The notes below the pieces were generated by a model. The model saw nothing but the letters and a program-made list of their open reading frames with translations. It had not been told where the DNA came from and did not search any database. Below, piece by piece: positions 20,593-32,172 of a DNA stretch of 41,843 bases (positions are counted from its first letter, which is position 1; the number at the start of each line of letters is the position of its first letter). Origin of the DNA: a bacterium. Its GTDB lineage: Bacteria > Fidelibacterota > Marinisomatia > Marinisomatales > UBA1611. The translations under genes were made by a program, and so were the position numbers. The stretch spans positions 1 to 41,843 of the forward strand of contig JABGWJ010000087.1 of assembly GCA_018645565.1 (NCBI GenBank). The letters run 5' to 3'.

Positions 20593-20922
20593 ATGGACAG
20601 CGGTATTTTACTTATTATTGCCCTTATCATCATTGGCTTTGCGATAACATGGAGCAACCAAGGTCAAGTTAAAGAAATTGAATCACGTCAGTCAGAATTC
20701 GCTAAAAAAAGAAATGAAATAGCTGATCATGACAACCGAAGTGAAATTGAAGTTGATGAGCAACGAAATGAGATGTTGAAAACATTAGATGATTCAATAA
20801 AGGATAATCCAGAGCAACTAAATAAAATTAAACATATCATAAATGATTGGGCTGATATGAAAATAAAATCTTTTAAAAATAGAAGATCATGGGTACGAAA
20901 TCCTGATGAAGATCATTTATAA
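20593..20922 (+). CDS. Hypothetical protein with an N-terminal membrane anchor
   Basis: One hydrophobic helix followed by a charged helical region. Starts 3 nt after the DASS stop. Confidence 0.7.
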   Translation: MDSGILLIIALIIIGFAITWSNQGQVKEIESRQSEFAKKRNEIADHDNRSEIEVDEQRNEMLKTLDDSIKDNPEQLNKIKHIINDWADMKIKSFKNRRSWVRNPDEDHL

Positions 20923-20924
20923 TA

Positions 20925-21566
20925 TCAATCATCAAAAATAATATTATTAGGTTCGTTTCCATTTTCCCAAATATCAAATTTTTTCATCATATTATTAAAA
21001 ATATCTAGTTGCACTAATTTCTCAAGCCATTTTGACAGATTGACAAATATTTCATTAAACCTGTTTATATCTACATTAGCAAATTGTCGAATAAAAGGAA
21101 GTAAGGCAATATCGCCAAAGGAAATTTGATTGCCAAAAAGATTATCAGAACGCTCTAATATTTTTTCATAATCATCTAATATTTTTTCACACTCTGATCG
21201 ATAAAAACTTTTTTCATTATCAGGGTATCTAACATGATATTTATATTTATCTAACCATTTTTTAAAATGAGAGTCATTCACAAGAATAGCTTCTAATTGC
21301 TTTTCTTTTGAATTGTGAAACCATTTTTTAGGATCATTTAAAGAAATAGCCCATTTCATTATCTCAAAACTTTCATCGATTACCTTACCTGATTGCAATT
21401 CTAAGACTGGCACTGTGCCTTTAGATGATATATTATAAAGTTCTCTTGGCCGATTTTTTAATGAGATTTCTCGATGTTCATAATTTATTTTTGAATAGTA
21501 CATCGCTAAACGAGCTCTCATTGCATAAGGACATCGACGGAAAGTATATAAAACAGGTAGCTTCAA
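20925..21566 (-). CDS. Glutathione S-transferase family protein
   Basis: LYTFRRCPYAMRARLA, KGTVPVL, DES, LDKYKY, PFIRQF. TTG start. Confidence 0.9.
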   Translation of the reverse strand: MKLPVLYTFRRCPYAMRARLAMYYSKINYEHREISLKNRPRELYNISSKGTVPVLELQSGKVIDESFEIMKWAISLNDPKKWFHNSKEKQLEAILVNDSHFKKWLDKYKYHVRYPDNEKSFYRSECEKILDDYEKILERSDNLFGNQISFGDIALLPFIRQFANVDINRFNEIFVNLSKWLEKLVQLDIFNNMMKKFDIWENGNEPNNIIFDD

Positions 21567-21577
21567 TTATTAATTGA

Positions 21578-22594
21578 TTAAAGTTGTGGACTTTTAAAGT
21601 ATCGTCTTTTATCGGGCGAATTTCGGTTCTTTCTAAGATCTTTTTGAGTTTCAATTGGTAAAGAGGCTATCTCTTTGCATTTATCTGAACAGCAGCCATT
21701 TAAATCACGTTCACATTCTTGACATTGAATAAATAATATATGACAAGCATCATTTTTACAGTCTCGATGGATGTCTGAAGATTTATTGCATATATGACAG
21801 TTTGATATAATATCATCTGAAACACGTTCTCCAAGTCTAGCATCAAACACAAAATTCTTCCCAATAAATTTAGATTTAACTCCGTTTTTTTTTATATCAT
21901 GAGCATATTGGATTATACCACCTTTTAATTGTTTAACATTTTCTATACCCTCATTTATTAAAAATGAGCTAGCCTTTTCACAACGTATACCACCAGTGCA
22001 ATAAAGTAGAACTTGGTGATGCTCTCTTCCTTTGAGCATTCTCCGTACTTCAGGTAATAAATCTTTTGATTTTTCTACTTGCGGTATCTCAGCATTCTTG
22101 AATTTTCCAACTTCACTTTCATATATATTACGCATGTCAATTATAGTAGTTTGTTCCTTGTTTATAGCACTATTGAATTGCTCAGTACTTAAATGCTTGC
22201 CAATTATTTTCATATTATATTTATTTTTTGGAATTCTGTATGCAACTATTTCTTTTTTTACTTTTACTACCAATTTATAGAATGAGATACCTTCACTAAT
22301 CGCTTTTTTTATTTGAACATCAGATAATTCACTTATTTCGCTTATTGTTTTTAAAAATTTAGCCCAATTATGACTTGGTACACTTATTTGAGCATTTATA
22401 CCTTCATCTGCGACATATATCCTACCAAAAATATTCAGAGTATGAAAAAGAGAATAAAGCTTGTTTCTAAAATCAAAGGGGCTATTGATTTTTATATAAT
22501 TATAAAATGAACATGTAATACGGTTAAATGTTTCAGCTTCTAGATTTTCTATAAGTATATCTTTACTTTTCTTATTATATAATTTTTTAATCAT
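21578..22594 (-). CDS. trhO: tRNA uridine(34) hydroxylase, rhodanese-domain (YceA/UPF0176)
   Basis: GRIYVADEGINAQ, DMRNIYE, YCTGGIRCEK, GKNFVFDAR and a Cys-rich C-terminus. Confidence 0.92.
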   Translation of the reverse strand: MIKKLYNKKSKDILIENLEAETFNRITCSFYNYIKINSPFDFRNKLYSLFHTLNIFGRIYVADEGINAQISVPSHNWAKFLKTISEISELSDVQIKKAISEGISFYKLVVKVKKEIVAYRIPKNKYNMKIIGKHLSTEQFNSAINKEQTTIIDMRNIYESEVGKFKNAEIPQVEKSKDLLPEVRRMLKGREHHQVLLYCTGGIRCEKASSFLINEGIENVKQLKGGIIQYAHDIKKNGVKSKFIGKNFVFDARLGERVSDDIISNCHICNKSSDIHRDCKNDACHILFIQCQECERDLNGCCSDKCKEIASLPIETQKDLRKNRNSPDKRRYFKSPQL

Positions 22595-22597
22595 TTT

Positions 22598-23728
22598 TTA
22601 TTGATTTACGTAAATGTATTTTGTCCGACCACCAATAGATGTAAGCAAAACATAGGCAGTACTATTTATATTTTCAGCAATGGTTTCAACTTTAATTTTG
22701 CCAAATTCATTCTCCCCAAAAAATAAAACATCCTCTCCAACGATTGGAATAGTTTTCCCAAAATCAATCATTAATTGATCCATGCAAACTCTTCCTGCAA
22801 TTTTATAGTTTTTACCTTTATAATTGACATATCCATCATTATACCAAGGACGTGGAAAACCATCTGCAAAACCAGTTTGAATAACTCCTATATTAGTCTC
22901 AGAGGTACTTTTATAAACACCACCGTAACTAATATGCGTTCCTTTTTTTACTTTCCTAACATTTACTATACTACCATAAAAACTCATCACGGGTTTTATT
23001 CCAATGTTATCTTTTACTTCATTAGAAGGCAAGGCACCGTACAACAACATACCTACACGAACCATATTAAAATATGAATCTTTGATATTGATAATAGCTC
23101 CGCTATTTGAACAGTGTATGTTTTTAAATTTAATTCCGTATTCGTCAGCTTTTTCAACAACCTTCTTAAAATTATTTAACTGCCTGATAGCATAAGATAA
23201 GTTCCCTTCATCTGCTGTGGCAAAATGCGTGTAGACACCTTCAAGATATTTAACTATATTTTTATTAAGATTACCATATATCATACTAGCATCTGTAAGA
23301 TCAAATCCCAAACGCGTCATACCTGTATCAAATTTCAAATGATATCTAGGGCAAGATCCATTTAACAAAAAGTAAGAATTAATTTCTTCTATATCTTCAA
23401 TAGCAGAAATATTTAAAGTAATATTATTTTCATACGCTAACTTAATATATTGTGATTGCATCCTCGAAAACACAAGTATGTCATTTTGTATATTGGAGTT
23501 TCGAAGTTCAAGCGCTTCTTCAAATGAAAAAACCGCAAATTGCACATTTTTAAAATTTTCGATTGCTTTAGCAATCTGAACTGCTCCGTGGCCATAACCA
23601 TTAGCTTTAATGACGCAGAGAAGTTTTCTGCCACCAATTCTTTTCTTAATAGCTGACAAGTTTGAACGGCATACATCTAAATCAATATAAGCTTTTGGGC
23701 CAATTATTTTATTTTTTTTAATATTCAA
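22598..23728 (-). CDS. alr: Alanine racemase
   Basis: VIKANGYGHG (PLP Lys), DTGMTRLG, THFATAD, ISYGG (catalytic Tyr), GRVCMDQ. TTG start. Confidence 0.95.
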   Translation of the reverse strand: MNIKKNKIIGPKAYIDLDVCRSNLSAIKKRIGGRKLLCVIKANGYGHGAVQIAKAIENFKNVQFAVFSFEEALELRNSNIQNDILVFSRMQSQYIKLAYENNITLNISAIEDIEEINSYFLLNGSCPRYHLKFDTGMTRLGFDLTDASMIYGNLNKNIVKYLEGVYTHFATADEGNLSYAIRQLNNFKKVVEKADEYGIKFKNIHCSNSGAIINIKDSYFNMVRVGMLLYGALPSNEVKDNIGIKPVMSFYGSIVNVRKVKKGTHISYGGVYKSTSETNIGVIQTGFADGFPRPWYNDGYVNYKGKNYKIAGRVCMDQLMIDFGKTIPIVGEDVLFFGENEFGKIKVETIAENINSTAYVLLTSIGGRTKYIYVNQ

Positions 23729-23799
23729 GATAAATAGGGTAAATAATTATATCATATTTTCAAAAAATTAAAAACAAACTAAAAAATTAAAAAGTTTAG

Positions 23800-24549
23800 C
23801 TATTGTTTAAGTTTATTTTTTATGAGAATTGAATTTATAAACAATAGAAAAAAGCTCGAAAGTATTGGAATAATGGTAAAAGCCCAATTAAAAAATCCAC
23901 TAAACAAGTAAGATTGCATGGATTTAATACACATTACCAAAGGCAAGAGAGATAAAATACTTTTTATTGTTGGCGGATAAAAATTAAGACTAATAATCAG
24001 ACTACTGCCGAAGAACATAAAAAATATAAAGCCAAATAAAGAAATGAATAGAGTAGATAATTTATCCGAGATAATAGAAACAGTTATGAAGATATTCGCT
24101 AATAAAAATGTGTAAATACAAAAATAAAGAATAAATCCAAATGTTTGAATAATCCCAAAGGGGTAAGGAAGAATTACTGAAAATAATATAGCTGAAAACA
24201 ATCCAAAAATTAAACTTTCAACAAGAGCAACAATTGAAAAACTAAAAATCATATATATTTTTGAATAGGGAGATAAAGACAAATACGATAAAACTTTTTT
24301 ATGAACTCTTAAATCAAAGAGGTCTCTAAATATGGATGGCAAGATGGCTAATCCTGTAACTAAAAAAATCATGCTTGGATATATCCATATATCAAATGAT
24401 ATATCATATAAACCGATTGAAGGTATTTTTCTTAATGCTAAATTTGTAAAAATAAAAACTGTTAATGGAAACAGGAATAGAATCACTAAGCTCGAAGTTA
24501 AATTATTTCCTAGCAACCAGATCCTCCTTGATAAAAGCGCTTTTATCAA
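23800..24549 (-). CDS. ABC-2 type transporter permease
   Basis: About six TM segments, LSLSP motif and FYPP..KSILSLLP. TTGA overlap with the ATPase gene. Confidence 0.75.
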   Translation of the reverse strand: MIKALLSRRIWLLGNNLTSSLVILFLFPLTVFIFTNLALRKIPSIGLYDISFDIWIYPSMIFLVTGLAILPSIFRDLFDLRVHKKVLSYLSLSPYSKIYMIFSFSIVALVESLIFGLFSAILFSVILPYPFGIIQTFGFILYFCIYTFLLANIFITVSIISDKLSTLFISLFGFIFFMFFGSSLIISLNFYPPTIKSILSLLPLVMCIKSMQSYLFSGFFNWAFTIIPILSSFFLLFINSILIKNKLKQ

Positions 24550-25472
24550 TCTAAGCCACCTCCCGCAAATTCAGAATCCATCAAATCTACTAAACCTAAC
24601 TTCTTAACATTTAAATCAATCATATAGTTTTCTGATGCTTGTCTAACAATATCAAAAAATACATTTCTCTCTCTTCCATAAAAATGAAATATGTTATTAA
24701 TTCTGGTTGGTGATACAATCGTTGTAATATTACAGAGTGTCCTATAAAGGTCATCACTCAAATTTTCAAACTCAATTTGAAACTGATGATAATCAAGAGT
24801 ACTTTCTAATAGCTTATCTAAATTACCATCCATTATTATTCTTCCATCTCGAAAAACTAATATTCGATCATGAGCCTGTTCAACTTCCGGCAATGAATTG
24901 CTCACATATATTATAGATTTTTCACCTTTTATTTTTTTTAATAAATCCCAAGTAAGTCTCGAAGAGGGTGCATCCATAAAACCTGTAGGTTCATCCAATA
25001 CTAAGATTTCAGGGTTATGGATTAGAGCTCTTACTAGCATCGCTCTTTTCTGAATTCCATAAGACACCGATGAAGATACCTGACCTAAATACTCATCAAT
25101 TTCTAATGTATTTGAAAAAGACATAAGTCTTTTATTGTAATCTCTGCTATTAACATTATATAATAATGATGAAAATTTTATGTTTTGCTCAATGGTCAAC
25201 CATGGATCTAAATCTGTTTCATGCGGAACGAAACCGACCAGTTTTCGGGTCTTATTTTTCCTTTTTTGCATATCTAATCCGTGAATAAATATGCTTCCAT
25301 AATCTGGCTTTTCCATACCTGATAACAGTTTAAGAAGCGTTGTTTTACCTGTATCATTTGCACCAACTATTGCAACTAATGACCCTCTTTCGACTCCGAA
25401 TGTTAATCCAGCAACAATGGTTTTATCATCTATTTTTTTGCCAACTTTTTTTAAAGTAATACTAGCTTCCAT
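24546..25472 (-). CDS. ABC transporter ATP-binding protein with degenerate motifs
   Basis: Walker A GANDTGKTT, Walker B ILVLDEPT, signature VSYGIQKR. Confidence 0.88.
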   Translation of the reverse strand: MEASITLKKVGKKIDDKTIVAGLTFGVERGSLVAIVGANDTGKTTLLKLLSGMEKPDYGSIFIHGLDMQKRKNKTRKLVGFVPHETDLDPWLTIEQNIKFSSLLYNVNSRDYNKRLMSFSNTLEIDEYLGQVSSSVSYGIQKRAMLVRALIHNPEILVLDEPTGFMDAPSSRLTWDLLKKIKGEKSIIYVSNSLPEVEQAHDRILVFRDGRIIMDGNLDKLLESTLDYHQFQIEFENLSDDLYRTLCNITTIVSPTRINNIFHFYGRERNVFFDIVRQASENYMIDLNVKKLGLVDLMDSEFAGGGLD

Positions 25473-25480
25473 TTTATTCC

Positions 25481-28186
25481 TTAGTGAGCTTCAAACCAAT
25501 CTTTACCTGAACCATAATCTACAATTATAGGGACTTTCAACTTCATCGCATTTTCCATGGATTTTTTTACTAAGGGAATTAAAACATCTTTTTCTTCAAC
25601 TGGAAATTCAAACAATAATTCATCATGAATTTGCAAAATCAATTTTGAGCTCATATGCTCTAGCTCTATATTTTTTTGGACATCTATCATAGCAATTTTA
25701 ATTAATTCTGCGGCTGAACCTTGAATCGGCATGTTAATTGCAATTCTTTCTGCTGCCTGTCTTTTTAAAGCATTTTGACTATTAATATCCCATACTGACC
25801 TTCGCCTACCAAGTAAAGTTTCAACATAATTATCAGATCTAGCCTTATCAAGAGTGGCCGAAATGTACTGTTTTACACCAGAATATTGATTAAAATATTC
25901 TTTAATTATTTCTTGTGATGCTTTTCTCGAGATACCAAGCTCCTGACTAATTCTAAAAGGTCCAGCACCATACATGATACCAAAATTTATTACCTTTGCA
26001 GTTCTTCGCATATCAGGTTGAACATCATCAATAGAAACGTTATATATTAAACTTGCAGTTCTAGTATGAATATCTAAGTTAGCATTAAATGCATTGCAAA
26101 GTTCAAGATCTTCAGATAAATGAGCCATAACTCTTAACTCTATTTGAGAGTAATCAGCAGATAATATTTCCCAATTTTCTCTCTGCGTAATAAAAGACTT
26201 TCTAATTTCCCTACCTTCTTTTGTCCTAATCGGAATATTTTGAAAGTTTGGATTTGTACTAGATAGTCTTCCTGTTGATGCTATTGTCTGATTAAAAGTA
26301 GAATGTATTCTATTTGTATCAGGGTTAATAACAGTTGGTAGTGCATCAACATATGTGTTTTTTAATTTATTAAGCTTACGATATTCTAATATTAAGGTTG
26401 GTAATTCATGCTCTTGAATAAGTTCTTTTAATACGTTCTCAGCTGTAGATCTTTTTTTAATTTGTGTCAGCTTTAAATCATCAAATAAAATTTTAGCTAG
26501 CTGCTGAGTTGAATTTACATTGAATTCAGTATCAGAAATTTTGTATATCTCTTTAACAAGTATATCCAGTCTGTCACCTATTTTAACTGACATTGCATTC
26601 AAAGATTCTTGATCTACAAAAACGCCTTCCAGTTCCATCTTAGTCAAAACAGTTATTAATGGCATTTCAATATCAATGAAAAAATCCATTTGTTTATTTT
26701 CTTCAAGCTTAGATATAAAAATTTGGGATAGTTGCAAAACGATGTCTGCATCCTCCGCAGCATAATAAGCAGCTTTTTCAATTGGAACCATATCCATTGT
26801 TATTTGATCTTTACCTCGACCAATAAGGTCCTCAATAGGGACCATTGTATAATTTAGAAACTCTACACTTAGCATATCTAGTTTATATGATCTTGCAGAT
26901 GGGTTCAAAATAGATGCCGCAACCATTGTATCAAAATAAATTCCTGTAACATTAATACCATTTCTTGAAAAAATTAATGTATCATATTTAATATTTTGAC
27001 CTACTTTTTTTATTTTATCATTTTCTAAGAAACCTTTAATGTTTTCTAAAACAATTTTCAGATCGTCTGTACCAAAATTATTTTTATTTTTTTCTAAGTA
27101 TAATATTGGTACATAAAAGCCTTCATTCTTTTTAAATGAAATACTCACTCCAACAATTTCAGCAACCATTGGATTAACAGAAGTCGTTTCTAGGTCAATA
27201 GATACCATATCTGAGCTTTGAACCTTTTTTACTAATTCTTTTAACTCATCAATATTCAAGATTGTTTTATATACTTTTTCAATTTTTTTTGTTTTTATAT
27301 CTACATCATCAACTGATACATATTTTAATAAGCCATGAAATTCTAATTCTTTAAACTTTTTGGATAAATCTTCAAGATTAAATGAGTTTGTTATAAATTT
27401 TTCTATAGAAGTATCAACGTCAACATCTTTTACTATTGTTACTAACTCTTTACTCAAATAGGCACTATCTCTGCCATTAGTTAATCCATCATAAACACGT
27501 TTATTTTTTATCTTTGAAGCATTATCTAAAACAGATTCAATATTATCATATTCTTTTAATAATTTTACAGCTGTTTTGACACCAACCCCAGAAACGCCTG
27601 GTACGTTATCTGATGAATCACCCATTAAAGCTAGTAGATCTATAATTTTTTCTGGAGGAAGACCCCATTTTTTTATAACACCTTGCCTATCATATATGAC
27701 TGGAGGATAATTTCTTTTACCTGGCGCATATAAAAATACTTTGTCATTAATTAACTGCATAAAATCTTTATCGCCACTAACGATATAAGATTCAATTTGA
27801 CTATCTGAAACTGAATTTGTAATAGTACCAATAATATCATCAGCCTCGAAACCAGGCTTCCTTAAAACTGGAATATTCATTGCCTCAAGCACTTCCCATA
27901 AATGAGGAATTTGCTGTTGCAATTCAAGAGGCATTTCAGGCCTATTTGCTTTGTAGCTTGAGTACATTTTGTGTCGAAAAGTTTTTTCTTTAGAATCAAA
28001 TGCACAAACTAAATAATCAGGATTTTCATCATTAATAAGTTTGATTATATGATTTGAAAAACCAAAAAGAGCACTGGTATGAAAACCATAGCTCGTAATC
28101 AAAGGATTACGTATCAATGCATAATGCGCTCTGTATAAAATTGCATAACCATCAACAATGAATAGTTTTTTCTTGATTTCTGTCAT
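25481..28186 (-). CDS. polA: DNA polymerase I
   Basis: 5'-3' exonuclease (DG..YRA, EADD, GDSSDNVPGV); intact 3'-5' exonuclease motifs DLETT, NIKYD, YAAEDAD; polymerase motifs DYSQIELR, KVINFG, QIHDE. Confidence 0.98.
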   Translation of the reverse strand: MTEIKKKLFIVDGYAILYRAHYALIRNPLITSYGFHTSALFGFSNHIIKLINDENPDYLVCAFDSKEKTFRHKMYSSYKANRPEMPLELQQQIPHLWEVLEAMNIPVLRKPGFEADDIIGTITNSVSDSQIESYIVSGDKDFMQLINDKVFLYAPGKRNYPPVIYDRQGVIKKWGLPPEKIIDLLALMGDSSDNVPGVSGVGVKTAVKLLKEYDNIESVLDNASKIKNKRVYDGLTNGRDSAYLSKELVTIVKDVDVDTSIEKFITNSFNLEDLSKKFKELEFHGLLKYVSVDDVDIKTKKIEKVYKTILNIDELKELVKKVQSSDMVSIDLETTSVNPMVAEIVGVSISFKKNEGFYVPILYLEKNKNNFGTDDLKIVLENIKGFLENDKIKKVGQNIKYDTLIFSRNGINVTGIYFDTMVAASILNPSARSYKLDMLSVEFLNYTMVPIEDLIGRGKDQITMDMVPIEKAAYYAAEDADIVLQLSQIFISKLEENKQMDFFIDIEMPLITVLTKMELEGVFVDQESLNAMSVKIGDRLDILVKEIYKISDTEFNVNSTQQLAKILFDDLKLTQIKKRSTAENVLKELIQEHELPTLILEYRKLNKLKNTYVDALPTVINPDTNRIHSTFNQTIASTGRLSSTNPNFQNIPIRTKEGREIRKSFITQRENWEILSADYSQIELRVMAHLSEDLELCNAFNANLDIHTRTASLIYNVSIDDVQPDMRRTAKVINFGIMYGAGPFRISQELGISRKASQEIIKEYFNQYSGVKQYISATLDKARSDNYVETLLGRRRSVWDINSQNALKRQAAERIAINMPIQGSAAELIKIAMIDVQKNIELEHMSSKLILQIHDELLFEFPVEEKDVLIPLVKKSMENAMKLKVPIIVDYGSGKDWFEAH

Positions 28187-28244
28187 TATCTCAGCATAAA
28201 AAATTACTTAAATGATTGTTATTGAACATGAATTTTTTAAAAAT

Positions 28245-28270
28245 AAAAAAGCCCCAAATAAGGGGCCTTT
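28245..28270 (-). terminator. Intrinsic terminator after groEL
   Basis: Minus strand AAAGGCCCC-TTATTT-GGGGCTTTTTT. Confidence 0.88.
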
Positions 28271-28299
28271 CTATTCTTTTCAGATTTTATAAGCGATGA

Positions 28300-29955
<1,656 letters not shown>

Positions 29956-30246
29956 TTACATTATTGCGAGAATATCACTCTCGCGCATGATTATATAATC
30001 TGTTCCAGCAACATTTACCTCTGTGCCAGAATATTTACCGTATAATATTTTATCACCTTCCTTAACAGACATCTTAACTAAAGTACCTGCGTCACTTACT
30101 TTGCCTGGACCCACTGCAACAACAGTACCCTGCTGAGGCTTTTCCTGCGCTGTGTCTGGAAGAATAATTCCGCCAGATGATTTTTCTTCTGCAGCAGCTG
30201 CTTCAATTACAACCCTGTCAGATAATGGTTTTAGACTTAAACCCAT
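29956..30246 (-). CDS. groS: Co-chaperonin GroES
   Basis: [42 protein letters not shown] upstream. Confidence 0.99.
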   Translation of the reverse strand: MGLSLKPLSDRVVIEAAAAEEKSSGGIILPDTAQEKPQQGTVVAVGPGKVSDAGTLVKMSVKEGDKILYGKYSGTEVNVAGTDYIIMRESDILAIM

Positions 30247-30343
30247 TTTTAGAACTCCTTATTTGTGTTTTAGATAAATTTTTCAGTGATTGAGCATATC
30301 AAATTTATATGATGCTTAAATCAATGCTTCCATAGTTGTAGAT

Positions 30344-30358
30344 ACAAAAATTATTCCA
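30344..30358 (-). promoter_or_regulatory. Candidate sigma54-like element upstream of groES
   Basis: Minus strand TGGAATAATTTTTGT (GG-N10-GT). An imperfect match. Confidence 0.3.
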
Positions 30359-30403
30359 AACTATTTATTCATGCATTCCATCATAAAATAAGATTATATA
30401 GGA

Positions 30404-30416
30404 TGACAATTTGGCA
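30404..30416. promoter_or_regulatory. Near-palindromic candidate regulator site upstream of groES
   Basis: TGACA-ATT-TGGCA, an inverted repeat with one mismatch in an otherwise very AT-rich intergenic region. Confidence 0.35.
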
Positions 30417-30427
30417 TAAAATCAAGA

Positions 30428-30865
30428 TTATTTACCAGTACTTCCAAAACCATCTTTTCCCCTTGATGTTTGAGATAACTCATCTGTTAAATCAAAATGT
30501 ATTTCTGATCCATCCATAGCCACAATTTGAAATAATCTTTGACCAACCTCTAAACGATGCGGGATATCTTTAATATTATCAACAGCAGCCATTATCTCAC
30601 CTCTATAACCCGCATCAATTAAACCAACAGAATTAGCAAGACGTAATGGCGTTTTCGAAATACTTGAACGAGGCATGAGAAAATATGCTTTTCTATCAAT
30701 GTTTTCACAAGATATACCAAGCTTAATTCTTGTTGTTTCCCCTGAATTAATAATTTGATCTTCTACAATATAAACATCTAAACCAGCATCGCCCTGATGA
30801 AAGTGCTTATGGTTCTTGTACATATTATAGATTTCTTTTGAATATGGTCTAATTTTAAGCTTCAC
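30428..30865 (-). CDS. dut: Trimeric dUTPase
   Basis: GDAGLD, PRSS, GLIDAGYRGEI, RLFQ, RGKDGFGSTG. GTG start. Confidence 0.95.
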   Translation of the reverse strand: MKLKIRPYSKEIYNMYKNHKHFHQGDAGLDVYIVEDQIINSGETTRIKLGISCENIDRKAYFLMPRSSISKTPLRLANSVGLIDAGYRGEIMAAVDNIKDIPHRLEVGQRLFQIVAMDGSEIHFDLTDELSQTSRGKDGFGSTGK

Positions 30866-30866
30866 T

Positions 30867-32165
30867 TTATGTTTCCGTTTTAATTGAGAAATATAATCCT
30901 AAACTTATTACAATCAAACATACTCCAATCAGTGATTCAAACGGCTGGAGCCTAATTGTGTAATATAAAATCCAAGTATTTAAAATAACAAATGTTATTG
31001 GAGTAAAAGGATACCCCCAGACTTTATAAGCTCTCTTCAAATTTGGTTCCTTAATCCTTAAATATATAAGTGAGCATACTGTAATTGAAGTTGTAATAAT
31101 CAAAATAATGCCTGTATAGAGCATCACCTCTTCAAAAGTCGAGGAAATAATAAATATAAGACTTATAAAAAGCTGAAGTGAAAAAGCATTTAATGGTACG
31201 CCCTTTTTGTTAACTTTTGAAAGAAAGTTTATCTTTTCATAATCTTTTCCAATCGCCTGAATGATTCTTGGCCCAATATATACATAACTACTTACTGTAG
31301 ATAAAAGTAATAGTCCTATAAAAATAGAAACTATCTTTGCAGTTTTAAAACCGAACAGATTTATGCTAGATATATAGCCAATTTCAATTTTTCCCATAAG
31401 GACATCTATTGGAGATATTAATAAAAATACATAATTCAATAGCACGTATAATGCAGTTACAATTAAAGTTCCAATTAAAATTGATCTGAAAATGTTTTTA
31501 TTAGGTTGTATTATTTCTCCAACCACGTAAATACTCGAGTTCCACCCCGCATAAGCATATGAGACCCAAACTAAATTAACTGCAAATTCAGGACTAAATA
31601 AGATTTCAAAATCTTCATATTTAGGTATAAAAGAAATGCTCTGTTTGTCCTCATATAAAAAGCCTATAGATACAAAGCTAAATATTATAAATAATTTTAA
31701 AAATGTTGACCAAACCTGAAAAGATTTTCCAGTATCTAAACTATAGGCATGCATTAAGTTCATAGATAAAATCACAAAAATTGCTATAATCTTGATATTC
31801 ATAAAAGGCATTATTGGATTTAGATAATTTGCAAGAGCAATTGCTGCTAAAACAGCTGGCGCAGAAAAGCCAACAGTTGCTGAAACAAGCCCGGCGCTTA
31901 ATCCAATAGACGGGTGTAAAATTCTAGAAAGCAAATAATATTCCCCACCTGATTTAGGCAGAGCTGAGGCCAACTCACAATAGCTTAAAGCGCCAAAAAG
32001 TGAGATCACACCACCAATTAACCAAAGCATTAATATAGCAAATACAGACTGTATATCAACAAGTTGATAACCCAAGCTGGTAAATACGCCAGTACCTACC
32101 ATACTCGAAATAACCAATGAGACAGCTGCAAATAAACTTAAATGACGATTCTCTTCACTAACCAA
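30867..32165 (-). CDS. APC family amino acid permease
   Basis: MVGTGVFTS, YCELAS..PKSGGEY, YAYAGWN, YKVWGYPFTP. TTG start. Confidence 0.92.
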   Translation of the reverse strand: MVSEENRHLSLFAAVSLVISSMVGTGVFTSLGYQLVDIQSVFAILMLWLIGGVISLFGALSYCELASALPKSGGEYYLLSRILHPSIGLSAGLVSATVGFSAPAVLAAIALANYLNPIMPFMNIKIIAIFVILSMNLMHAYSLDTGKSFQVWSTFLKLFIIFSFVSIGFLYEDKQSISFIPKYEDFEILFSPEFAVNLVWVSYAYAGWNSSIYVVGEIIQPNKNIFRSILIGTLIVTALYVLLNYVFLLISPIDVLMGKIEIGYISSINLFGFKTAKIVSIFIGLLLLSTVSSYVYIGPRIIQAIGKDYEKINFLSKVNKKGVPLNAFSLQLFISLIFIISSTFEEVMLYTGIILIITTSITVCSLIYLRIKEPNLKRAYKVWGYPFTPITFVILNTWILYYTIRLQPFESLIGVCLIVISLGLYFSIKTET

Positions 32166-32172
32166 TTATAAA

